Positions 24,431-35,632 of a stretch of 64,000 nucleotides of DNA are shown in pieces. The notes beneath the pieces are model-generated. The model saw only the letters and a list, made by a program, of their open reading frames with translations, was not told the origin of the DNA and searched no databases. Each line of letters opens with the position of its first letter. Within the stretch, counting starts at the first letter, position 1. Source of the stretch: Octopus vulgaris (lineage: Eukaryota); assembly GCA_951406725.2 (NCBI GenBank), contig OX597827.1, positions 11,718,001-11,782,000 on the forward strand, in the 5' to 3' direction. The position numbers were made by a program, and so were the translations under genes.

Positions 24431-26815
24431 CTGACTTGCTGAAGGAAGATTTCTGCTGAGATTTGAAGACTTCCATTGTTTGTTGAATTCAGCTTCTGGG
24501 ACAAGTTGACTTTCCAAATCTACAAGCTGCATGTTTTTATGTTTGATGTCATCAGGGTTCTTTGTTATAATGACGAGGTTGTTTGTTTGTGATATCAAAT
24601 GTCTCATTTCCCTCCAAGGCTGGATTGATGCATTCAATGAGGGGCTGTTTGTTAGATTCCGTTGATTATTGTGCCGAACTATACATATTGTAATAAATAC
24701 GACTATAGATATCGACACAACAACAGCAATAACAACAATAATTATCACAATGTTTATATCTAGCATACTTCCAGATTTGGAATGTGAACCAGTAAACAAG
24801 ACAGATGTTGTATTGCTAACAGTGAGAGTTAAAGACAATCTAGTGGTAGCCGACAAAACTGGTGTACCACTGTCTTTGACAGCTACTTTTATATCATATG
24901 ACCCAGCGTCGTTTTGGTAAACTGTACGTGAAAAAGATAAAACCCCCGTATAAGGGTTAACTGTAAATAGCTGTTTCTCATTGCCTTCAAGTATTTCATA
25001 CCTGAGGAAGGCATTAACATGACTGTCTCTGTCAGAAGCTCTTAGGGTTGTGATGTCACTTTTGCTCTGCGGATGGTAGTGGACATCTAGATTGAAGGGG
25101 TTAACACTAGGAAAAGTAAAATAGGGAGCATTGTCGTTTTGATCAATAACCTCAACAATAACTTCCCCAATACTTTCGAGTTTGGGTATTCCATTATCTT
25201 TAACCTTGACTTGGAAATTATAAACATTCTGCAGTTCATGATCGACAGACTGGTTTGTGGATACAAATCCGTAGCTTGTAATCTGGAATGGAAGTCTGTA
25301 TTTATTGTTAGCTAACAAAGAAAATGTCAGCTGGCCTCCAAGCCCAAGATCGGAGTCTGTGGCATTGATAAAACCTACAGGGAAATAAGGTTTTTCATTC
25401 TCATAAATTAAAAACTTAAATACATTCTTTGTAAACTTTGGCTGCACATCATTCACATCCATTACTTCGATGGAGTATTTCCGTACAATTTCTAACGGGG
25501 GAGTTCCGTTGTCTTGGCATTCTATGGTAATAGTATAATGATCTTTTGTCTCACGGTCAACTGGATTTTTCAAAATAATTTTGTATTCCTTTGAGCCCAA
25601 CATTAGAAGCTGGAATTTATTGTGTTGAAGTTCACATGATACTTCTCCGTTTGATCCAGCATCATTATCAATCAGCATAACATATGCAATGAAACTACCA
25701 ACTTCAGTATCTTCTGAAATGGCTGCTGAGCTCTCGCTGAGAGGAGTCAGAAAATTTACATTGATAGTTGGGTAATTGTTTTGTTGGTTAATTACATTTA
25801 TAAGAACCAAAGCAGCCGAGCTTAACGGAGGCGTTCCTTTATCACTTGCTCTCACAAATAATTCATTGACTTGCTTTTCGAGAGATGCAAAAGTTTCTTT
25901 CAAAAATATTTCTCCCGTCTCTTCATTTAACATAAAATGTCTTTTAGCCGATTCCGATGTTTTTGAACTGAAATAGTAGGAAACTTTACCATTTTCATTA
26001 GAATCTAAATCACTGGCGGACAAAACAGCAATTGGAGACAGCAAACTTTCATCGTTCTGAATTGAAATATTATAAACAACTTGAGAGAAAACAGGAGCAT
26101 TATCATTAACATCGGTCACAGATATATGAACCAGTAAAATTCCTTGCTTCGAAGGCGTACCTTCGTCTTTTGCAATGATTTTAATCACATACATTTCCTG
26201 TTTTTCTCTGTCTAGTTTTTCTTTCAAATATATTCCCAATTCTGAATTTCCATCAAGACTTTTCGAGACTGACAGTGCAAATGGTTTGTTTTGGTTTTCT
26301 TGAAGCTCATATGTTATTTCTGAATTGCGAATGGTAATATCATTATCAATAGCATTTGGGATAGATTTTTTCATTCCTTTCCAGTCACCTTCAGAAAACT
26401 GAAGATTTATTTGCTTGTCACTAAACTCTGGTGAGTGGTCATTTATATCTTCAATTACTATTTTCAGTTTTAATATTTTCATAAACATCTTTGCTTGTCG
26501 AACAGCAACTTTCACAACCTTGAAACATTGTTTACCATAAGAACAAAGTGATTCAGCATCTAGTAATTGAGTGGTGTAAAGTTTCCCAGTTTTACTAACA
26601 TTAAATAACTGAGTGTCGTCAGTTAATCTTTGTTTTATTAAACTGAACCATATCAAACTATGGTCAGTCGAAGGCAAGGAATCAAATATTTTACTGTCGG
26701 CAACGATGTTACCTACATAGGTGCCAGAATTCTGTTCTTCTTCAACGTGGTAAATTAAATCGATACAAAAGGTATAAGAAGTAATGGACAGGATTAATAG
26801 TATTGGTGCCAACAT
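24431..26815 (-). CDS. Pcdh: Protocadherin large exon: signal peptide, EC1-EC6, transmembrane helix, proximal cytoplasmic tail
   Basis: Intact 803-codon ORF whose first ATG is at 26815 (the track start is a GTG). Signal peptide MLAPILLILSITSYTFC; cadherin linkers DINDHSP, DVNDNAP, NQQNNYP, DVNDVQP, DQNDNAP; LDAE/LDRE/VDRE/VDHE; C-X5-C in EC1; TM INIVIIIVVIAVVVSISIVVFITICIV. Phase-0 donor CAG|GTAAAT at 24431/24430; if unspliced, the frame stops at 24410-24412. Confidence 0.95.
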
Positions 26816-27001
26816 ATCCACTCTTCTTATTTTGCAGACCGTTATATAACATTGGTGCTAACATGTCCTGTGTTGTTTCTCTGCTGTCTGTCACATATCA
26901 TTAGTATCACAGTATCTTCATTCATTATTCTGGAGTTTGTTATATAACATTGCTGCAATCACAACCATCTTTCCTCTTGCAGGGACTTTCATATAACATT
27001 G
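26797..27001 (-). promoter_or_regulatory. Degenerate 49-bp tandem repeat covering the protocadherin 5' region and start codon
   Basis: On the plus strand an ATAACATTG-like anchor starts at 26797, 26846, 26895, 26944 and 26993 (exact period 49). The units contain TATA-like palindromes GTTATATAAC and upstream ATGs. The regulatory role is inferred from position only. Confidence 0.65.
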
Positions 27002-27369
27002 ACACTGTTATGAGTTTTTCCTTGTATATTATGATACTCTTTTACTCTTTTACTCTTTTTATTTGTATCATTTGAAAGCAATAAACCTCAAGTTTAGAAT
27101 CACTGTTAAATGACTTTGGTACCAAGAATACCAGTTGTAGAAATGATAAAAATGAAATTGAAGATTGTTTCGGTGTTCACAGTAAAAGTTTCTGAAAGTA
27201 GAACAAAAGAAAAGGATATTAATGATAAAATTCAAGAATTAGGTAACTATGAATACAACGTTAAATGTATTAACTTTAGTGTTCTGATGATAGTCTCAAA
27301 CATAGAGTATTTTCTGACATACAAGTTGACATAATATACAGTGTAAGCATGTAGTATAAACATTCAAAC

Positions 27370-27812
27370 ATCATCATCATCATCATCGTTTAATGTCCGT
27401 TTTCCATGCTAGCATGGGTTGGACGGTTCGACCGTGGTCTGAGAAGCCAGGAGGCTGCACCAGGGTCCAGTCTAATCTGGCAGTATTTCTACAGCAGGAT
27501 GCCCTTCCTAACGCCAACCACTCCGTGAGTGTAGTGGGTGCTTTTTACATGCCACCGGCATGGGTGCCAGAGGAGGCTGGCAATGGTCATGATCGGTTGC
27601 TGCGTTTTATGTGCCACTGGCACGGAAACCAGTCAAAGTGGCACTGGCATCGACCACGTATGGAAGGTGCTTTTTATGTGCCACTGGCACAGAAGCCAGT
27701 CAAGGTGGCGATGGCATCGACCATGTATGGAAGGTGCTTTTTACGTGCCACCAGCACAGGTGTCAGGGGAGGCTGGCAATGGCAACAATCGGTTGGTGCT
27801 TTTTACGTGCCA
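27370..27812 (-). mobile_element. SINE family C with four internal GGTGCTTTTTA(C/T)GTGCCAC repeats
   Basis: (CAT)n tail at 27370; family C body in reverse orientation. Confidence 0.85.
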
Positions 27813-28590
27813 CGGTCCATATTTCACATAGAATTTATGGCCCTTCAAAATCATCTTGGTGTATAAGACAACCTACATCTTTTGGCTGTAAATTTTTGTG
27901 TAAAATTCAACTTGTGTGCTGGAAAATATGGTATGTTTTCTCTTTGTTATAGACAGATGTATGAAATGATAAGTAGTTAAGAAATCATTATGGGATTAAG
28001 GAAATATTACTGATTAGTCTACTCAACTTTGCTTCAACAAGTATTTGACAGATTTACACACAAGGAGTTGCCATACAGACAGAATTTGGATGGTATTAGC
28101 TTCTTCTATTTTTCTTGATGTTTCTACAATAATCCATTCGACTTTCAAGACATTTGAACTACATTCGTATTTCTGTTATTATTTATATAAGTCATTGCCT
28201 TCAAGACGATGCCAATGGAAATGTTAACTCATTTCTAAAAAGCCCTCAGGACCCATAAGATCAGGTTTCGTTTTAAGTTTTAATAACGCTGAATAATTAG
28301 AATCAAATTTCTCCCGTCAACATTTGTAGTCAGGTAAACAGAATAGAATGCTTTTCTTAACAACAAAAATCTATGCCTGTTGTTAGACACAAATTCAAAC
28401 TTTCCATTTAACTTATACAGATTAATTTTATTTTTTATTTATATTTTATTTTATCTAGTTTCAGCTCACGAGCTGTGGCCATGCTGGGGCACATATCAAA
28501 TTCTGTTTTTATGTTCTGATTTGATGTCTCTTTATGGTTTCTGGGCTTTCTAGAAATTTTAGCTATATATCTCCCCAAACATGCTCTCTC

Positions 28591-28842
28591 TCTTTTACTC
28601 TTTTACTTGTTTCAGTCATTTGACTGCGGCCATGCTGGGGCACCGCCTTTAGTCGAGCAAATCGACCCAAGAACTTATTCTTTGGAAGCCTAGTACTTAT
28701 TCTATCGGTCTCTTTTGCAGAACTGCTAAGTTACGGGGACATAAACACACCAGCATTGGTTGTCAAGCGATGTTGGGGGGACAAACACAGACACACAAAC
28801 ATATATACACACACACACACACATACACACACCAGATATACA

Positions 28843-28891
<49 letters not shown>

Positions 28892-29062
28892 CATAAATAC
28901 GACGGGCTTCTTTCAGTTTCTGCCTGCCAAATCCAGTCACAAGGCTTTGGTCGGCCCGAGGCTACAGTAGAAGACATTTGCCCAAGGTGTCACACAGTGG
29001 GACTGAACCCGGAACCATGTGGTTGGTAAGCAAGCTACTTACTACACAGCCACTCCTGTGCC
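28591..29062 (-). mobile_element. SINE family A, full length
   Basis: Reverse complement of the consensus. Confidence 0.9.
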
Positions 29063-29520
29063 TATACTCTCCATCAATTCTGTACATTCTGGGTTCAAAT
29101 CCTGCCTTATTATCAACATACAGTAACATTTCTGGAAAGAGTCGTGGTTGATAGTTGACATCAGCAGCTTGAAATAAAACTAAAAGAAACATTCTTTTTT
29201 GGAATATTGGATCTTGAAGTACATCACATTTGATAGAGTGTGAAGGCATGTGGCTTAGTGGTTAGGGGCATTCAGCTCATAATCTTAAAGTCATGAGTTC
29301 AATTCCCTGTGACGCATTGCGTCGTTAAAAATTCAACCACTTTAACAGTGACAGAATCACCATCCCACTACATCTATATGCTCGAAGCAGTCTGCCAACG
29401 TCCCTTCCGTGATAAATCACCCTGATAAACTACGTGACTACAACTAAACTCAGGCTATGACAGACAGATAGTATGTTCTTGAAGCCAAGGATTTTAAACT
29501 TACGGAGACAGTATTTTCAT

Positions 29521-29626
29521 ATCACCTGAGGAAACACAGCTAGATGCCATAATGCAGAGAAACAGTTGCATAATCAAGTACCTGCACACCCAGAGAACTA
29601 CAATGCATTGAAACAATTGTAATGAT
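29521..29626 (+). ncRNA. Degenerate tandem hammerhead-like motifs
   Basis: atcac-CTGAGGA...GAAAC-agtt-GCA, then ...GAAAC-aatt-GTA-atgat, which can pair with the upstream atca. Confidence 0.4.
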
Positions 29627-29819
29627 TAAAAAAATAAATGTCCAACTGTAACCCTTCTTGTTGACTCCAATTTCCTATTCACACACACAAACCTGGGTAC
29701 AGGGTAAATCTGAAGGTGGACAAGCTCTATATATGTGTGTGTATGTGTGTGTGTGTGTGTGTATGTATGTCTGTATATATATAGGTATGTTTGTATGTAT
29801 GCATGTATGTGTGTGTGTG

Positions 29820-30080
29820 TCATCATCATCATCATCATCGTTTAACATCAGCTTTCCATGCTAGCATGGGTTGGATGGTTTGACTGAGGACTGGTGAATC
29901 AGATGGCTGCACCAGGCTCCAGTCTGATCTTGCAAGGTTTCTATGGCTGGATGCCTTTCCGAATGCCAGTCACTCCAAGAGTGTAGTGGGTGATTTTTAC
30001 ATGCCACCAGCATGGAGGCCAGTCAGGCAGCACTGGTATTGACCATGGTTGAATGGTGCTTTTTAAGAGCCACTGGCATG
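29820..30080 (-). mobile_element. SINE family C
   Basis: (CAT)n tail and family C body. Confidence 0.8.
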
Positions 30081-30308
30081 TGTATGTGTGTGTAATTATG
30101 TATGTGTGTATATATATATATGTATATATGATCAGGAGTCAAGAATTGTCTTCCTTGATTTAAGTGAGCCCTTTTTAACTTTCTGCTAGTACTCCTTTCA
30201 GTGTAGTTGCTTTAGTATATAGTAGCCTTCATTATCACATGGGAATCCAGACTACCCTTTTTCAATAAGTGAAAAAAAAAATTACTGATCAGAAAAAATC
30301 TTACCATA

Positions 30309-30720
30309 CGCGCAGGAGTGGCTGTGTGGTAAGTAGCTTGCTAACCAAACACATGGTTCTGGGTTCAGTCTCACTGCATGGCATCTTGGGCAAGTGTCTT
30401 CTACTATAGCCTCGGGCCAACCAAAGCCTTGTGAGTGGATTTGGTAGACAGAAACTGAAAGAAGCCCGTCGTATATATATATATATATATATATGTGTAT
30501 GTGTGTATGTTTGTGTGTCTGTGTTTGTCCCCCTAGCATTGCTTGACAACCGATGCTGGTGTGTTTACGTCCCCGTCACTTAGTGGTTCTGCAAAAGAGA
30601 CTGATAGAATAAGTACTTGGCTTACAAAGACTAAGTCCCGGGGTCGATTTGCTCGACTAAAAGCGGTGCTCCAGCATGGCCGCAGTCAAATGACTGAAAC
30701 AAGTAAAAGAGTAAAAGAGT
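30309..30720 (+). mobile_element. SINE family A, full length
   Basis: Consensus head, microsatellite and tail. Confidence 0.9.
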
Positions 30721-31784
30721 ATAAAAACATTGATAGGGAGAGGCATAGGTGTGAGAAATTGAGAAGGAATGTGAGAAATAAAAAACATATTTGAAGCTTA
30801 AAGGTAAAAAAAAAAAATCAACTGATATGTTTTCTAATTTTAACACCAATGTTCATATAAAAGGGAGGTAGAATAGAATTGATCACTTTTATGTAAAAAT
30901 ATTTTTGAAGAGCAAAAAAAAAAAAAATTTAGAATCATATATGTATAATGAACTAAAATGTAGTTACAAAATGTCGACAAAGCTGAGCCAATCAATATTC
31001 TAAATAACATTGAAATGTTGAAGAAAGTTTTGTGAAAAGAAAAATTATTAACTCCATAACAGATACATTTTTCTGACATTTTGAAGTATGAAATAAAAAT
31101 AATGAGCTATAAATATATGAATGAAGAAATGTCACCAGTCATAGACAAGCTTTGATTGGGTTTGAGAGGTAAATGGATTTTTACTTATAGTTGTATGAGT
31201 GGGAAATCCTCTGAGACAGATGGAAGCAGGTGGTTATGTGGGATGTGTTTAGATAACTTACAGTTTGAAATTTGGAGTATATATATTTGTATGGAAGGCA
31301 ATGGAAACCTAAAGTGAAGCGGTCGTCGGAAGGAAAGTGGGTGTAATTTGTCGTATCCAGGCCACTGGAGACAGGTATCCACATGATGTGATGAAAGGTA
31401 AAGTTGTTCATAGTTTTGTAAAGTGATTAGCAACACATATGTGGAAGTACATGGCTCAGTGGTTAGAGCATCAAGCTTACAATCATGAGGTAGTGAGTTT
31501 GATTACCGGACCAAGTTGTGTGTTGTGTTCTTCAGTAAGACACTTTATTTTCACATTACTGAGTTCAAATTCCACTGAGGTCGACTGTGGGTGTAATTTG
31601 TCTTCATTCTTTCAGAATTGATAAATTAATTACTGAAGTCGATGTAATCAACTAGTCTCTCCCCACAAAATTCCAGGCCTCGTGGCTTTAGTATAAAGGA
31701 TATTGATACTGCTTTTGTTCTAATTACTTTTTAAGAAGCCCACTGACCTGAATAGGCACTGTGATTCTAAATATTGTGGACTAG

Positions 31785-32090
31785 TGGAGGCACATGGCCT
31801 AGTGGTTAGAGCAGCAGACTCGCGGTTGAGGGATTGTAAGTTCGAATCTCAGATTGGGCGATGTGTGTGTGTTTATGAGCGAAACACCTAAGCTCCACGC
31901 GGCTCCAGCAGAAGGTAATGGTGAAACTTCTGCTGACTCTTCTGCCAAAACTTTCTCTCACTCTTTCCTCCTGCATCTTGCAGCTCACCTGCGATGGACC
32001 AGCGTCCTGTCAAGGTGGGGAACCTATACACCAAGAAACTAAGAAACCGGCCCTTATGAGCCAGGCATGGCTCGAGAAGGAACAAACAAA
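31785..32090 (+). mobile_element. SINE family D head with a third type of 3' body
   Basis: Head GTGGAGGCACATGGCCTAGTGGTTAGAGCAGC..GAGCGAAACACCTAAGCTCCAC; the 3' end differs and has an (AAAC)n tail. Confidence 0.75.
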
Positions 32091-32487
32091 CAAAAAAATA
32101 TTGTGGACTGAAGATTCAGCTGTTATTGCGTTGTTTGACTTCTGTGACGTAGGAACTTATAGCAGGGGCTAAAATCACATGATCTGGTAGTTCTGGTGGT
32201 CATAGCAGATGATTCTCGACTCTCGTCTGTCAATGACATAATACCATGTGCTTTTATGCAGCACAAGTCCATATGACAGGTTCTCTCAATGTAAATAAGG
32301 CAGTATTCGGTGTTCTAACACAACGTCCGCATTACAGTGATGAAATAGATTACCTTTTGGTTTTAATACTGCTTTCGTTGCTTTTAAATATATATCTCTA
32401 AATCTACATGTGTGTGATTTTGTGCCTGTATTTGCCCCTACCCCACCATCACCACCACCACTTGACAACCGGTGTTGCTTTGTTTAA

Positions 32488-32708
32488 GGTGACGAGCTGG
32501 CAGAAACATTAGCGCGCCGGGCGAAATGCTTAACGGTATTTCGTCTGCTGCTACGTTCTAAGTTCAAATTCCGCCAAGGTCGACTTTGCCTTTCATCCGT
32601 TCGGGGTTGATAAATTAAGTACCAGTTATGCACTGGGGTCGATGTAATCGACTTAATCCCTTTGTCTGTTCTCTCTGTGTTTAGCCCCTTGTGGGTAGTA
32701 AAGAAATA
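32488..32708 (+). mobile_element. SINE family B nested in a family A-like copy
   Basis: TSD GGT(G/A)TTGCTTTGTTTA at 32471-32486 and 32709-32724. Confidence 0.88.
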
Positions 32709-33120
32709 GGTATTGCTTTGTTTACATCCCCATAACTTAGCAGTTTGGCAAAAGAGACTAATAGAACCTGTATTAGGCTTTATAAAATAATATGTTAAGT
32801 ACAACGGTTGATCCATTCGACTAAAATTTTTTCAAGGTGGTGTCCTAGAATGGCCACAGTCTAATGACAAAAACAAGTAAGCTATGAATAAAAGTTTGTA
32901 TCACAGAACCAGTAATAGTCTTAGGTTGACTGGTACCAAAAAGAGTTAAATTCAGATCTTGTCAATAAAGTAAACAATGATCCACTACATGTGATGTGAT
33001 ATAAAGTTGTATGTAACATAGTTTGTAAAGAACTTATTCTCAATCAGTAAATATGAATGGAAGCTTAAGCATGTGTCTACTGCAATAACATCATCAGAAA
33101 GAAGCAATGGTTGATGATAA

Positions 33121-33525
33121 CATCATCATCATCATCATCATCATCATCATTATCGTTTAACATCTGCTTTCCATGCTAGCATGGGTTGGACGAATGACTG
33201 AGGGCTGGCAAATCAGATGGCTGCACCAGGCTTCAATCTTGATCTGGCAGAGTTTCTACAGCTGGATGCCCTTCCTAACGCCAACCACTCCAAGAGTGTA
33301 GTGGGTGCTTTTACGTGCCACTGGCATGGGGCCAGTCAAGCAGTACTGGCAGCGACCTCACTTGAATCTTTTACACATGTCACTGGCACAGGTGCCAGTA
33401 ATGCGATGCTGGTAACAATCACACTCGAATGGTGTCTTTTACATGCAACCGGCACGGAGGCCAGATAGCCACACTGGCAACGATCACGCTCGGATGGTGC
33501 TCTTAATACCCTACTGGCACGGGGC
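33121..33525 (-). mobile_element. SINE family C
   Basis: (CAT)n tail, body and internal repeats. Confidence 0.82.
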
Positions 33526-33879
33526 TCAGTTATTAATAAAGAGTTTGTTAATCAAGAAAATAACTTATTCTGAATTGTCATTAATTACAGAAAATACATC
33601 CTTACAGACATAGAATCTGAACCTGTATTCTGGGTGATTTGCAGAATGAAGAGAATAAGCAGAATAAAAGAGGAACGGGATGTAAAGGGTGGATTACAAC
33701 CAGGGGTGCGGAATTGTAGTGATTACACGTTTGAATATGTGATGTATAACAATTTAAATTGGTATGGCTGTCATAAGAAATGAGCTGTGAATAAGAAAAC
33801 TCTTTAACAAAACTTGTTGCATATATTTGCTACATAATTAGCTAACATTATTTAACATTTGCTATACCAGAATAATATA

Positions 33880-34292
33880 CTCTTTTTACTGATTTATTTG
33901 TTTCAGTCATTTGACTGTGGCCATGCTGGAGCACCGCCTTTAGTTGAGCAAATCAACCCCAGGACTTATTCTTTGTAAGCCCAGTACTTATTCTATCGGT
34001 CTCTTTTGCCGAACTGCTAAGTGACGAGGACGTAAACACACCAGCATCGGTTGTCAAGCAATGCTAGGGGAACAAACACACACACACAAACACACACACA
34101 TACACACATATATATATATATATATATATACGACAGGCTTCTTTCAGTTTCCGTCTACCAAATCCACTCGCAAGGCATTGGTCGGCCCGGGGCTATAGCA
34201 GAAGACACTTGCCCAAGATGCCACGCAGTGGGATTGAACCCAGAACAATGTGGTTGGTTAACAAGCTACTTACCACACAGCCACTCCTGCGC
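33880..34292 (-). mobile_element. SINE family A, full length
   Basis: Reverse complement of the consensus. Confidence 0.9.
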
Positions 34293-34443
34293 CATATGTG
34301 AGAAATCTTTAATAATTTTCCCCTCCAGTGTTAAACTCAAAATCGTGATTACATTTTTGTCTTTAGCCTATTATATCTATACTTTTGCATTTTATAATAT
34401 CCACTTCTATTATTTAGCAATGTGTCTGCTATTCTATATATTA

Positions 34444-34845
34444 CTAGCAGTATCGCCCGGCGTTGCTCGGGTTTGTAAGGGAAATAACTATATAAGCATT
34501 TTCAGAGAGTTATAGCCAAAAAATAGCAAAAAAATGCATTAAGAATGGGGGAAAAATGATGGTAAATTTTTTTTTAAATCGTTGACTCATCGTAGACATT
34601 TTTAGAGAGTTACTTCCCTTATATAATAGCGAAAAAATGCATTAAAATGGAAAAAAAATGATGGTAATTTTTTTTTAAATCGTAGACTCATCGTAGACGT
34701 GCGCTAATACCCAGAAGGGCTCGATATGAATCACGACTATAAGATACCCAGTTTTGGTTAAACTGCACCGCAAAATGTGGGAGTAGTTAGGAATCTAAAT
34801 CGTAGGAGACAGACACTCACACAACTTCACTTTTATATATATAGA
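34444..34845 (-). mobile_element. Non-autonomous Helitron
   Basis: On the minus strand it begins A|TC and ends CTAG|T, with a subterminal hairpin CCCGAGCAACGCCGGG close to the 3' end; no TSD; internal ~100-bp direct duplication. Confidence 0.85.
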
Positions 34846-34974
34846 TTTCTCTAAAATGTTATTTGGTTGCTCGGATTTAGAATCTGACAGAATATTACAG
34901 TAGAAATATAATTTTAATGAAATTTCAACTTTACAAATCCCGATCCTATGGAAAAAGACGATTATTTGGAATTG

Positions 34975-35362
34975 CTTGCCAACCACATGGTTCGGGGTTC
35001 AGTCCCACTGCATGGCATTTTGGACAAGTGTCTTCTACTACAGCTTCAGGCCAACTAAAGCTTTGTGAGTGGATTTGGTAGATGGAAACTGAAAGAAGCC
35101 CGTCGTATATATGTGTATATATATATATATATATACTTTATTTAAAGCAGCAGAAAATTCAACAAAATCTGTTACTCTGAGTTTCTCGTTGCCGTTCATC
35201 AGACAGTTTTTGCTAGCAAAAACTGTCTGATGAACGGCAACGAGTAACTCAGAGTAACAGATTTTGTTGAATTTTCTGCTGCTTTAAATAAAGCATATTA
35301 CTCTACCACTGGTATTTGAGTACTCTTTTTTCCACCTTGTTTCACATTTATGTGTTTACTCC

Positions 35363-35397
<35 letters not shown>

Positions 35398-35620
35398 CTG
35401 TCTTTGTGTTTTTGTGTGTGTGTTTGTCCCCCTAGCATTGCTTGACAACCGATGCTGGTGTGTTTACGTCCCCGTCACTTAGCGGTTCAGCAAAAGAGAC
35501 CGATAGAATAAGTACTGGGCTTACAAAGAATAAGTCCTGGGGTCGATTTGCTCGACTAAAGGCGGTACTCCAGCATGGCCGCAGTCAAATGACTGAAACA
35601 AGTAAAAGAGTAAAAGAGTA
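34975..35620 (+). mobile_element. SINE family A with a palindromic hammerhead element inserted in its central microsatellite
   Basis: The 5' half ends at ~35110, the 3' half resumes at ~35405, and the insert spans ~35136-35365. Confidence 0.85.
35169..35206 (-). ncRNA. Minimal type I hammerhead ribozyme motif
   Basis: Minus strand reads ctgt-CTGATGA-a-cg-gcaa-cg-a-GAAAC-tcaga-GTA-acag; the mirror copy at 35223-35260 (+) has GTAAC instead of GAAAC. Confidence 0.75.
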
Positions 35621-35632
35621 TACTGAGAAGTA

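Noticed and set aside
24669-24920. Plus-strand ORFs overlapping the protocadherin (also 25776-25976)
   Set aside because: Antisense shadows of the real CDS.
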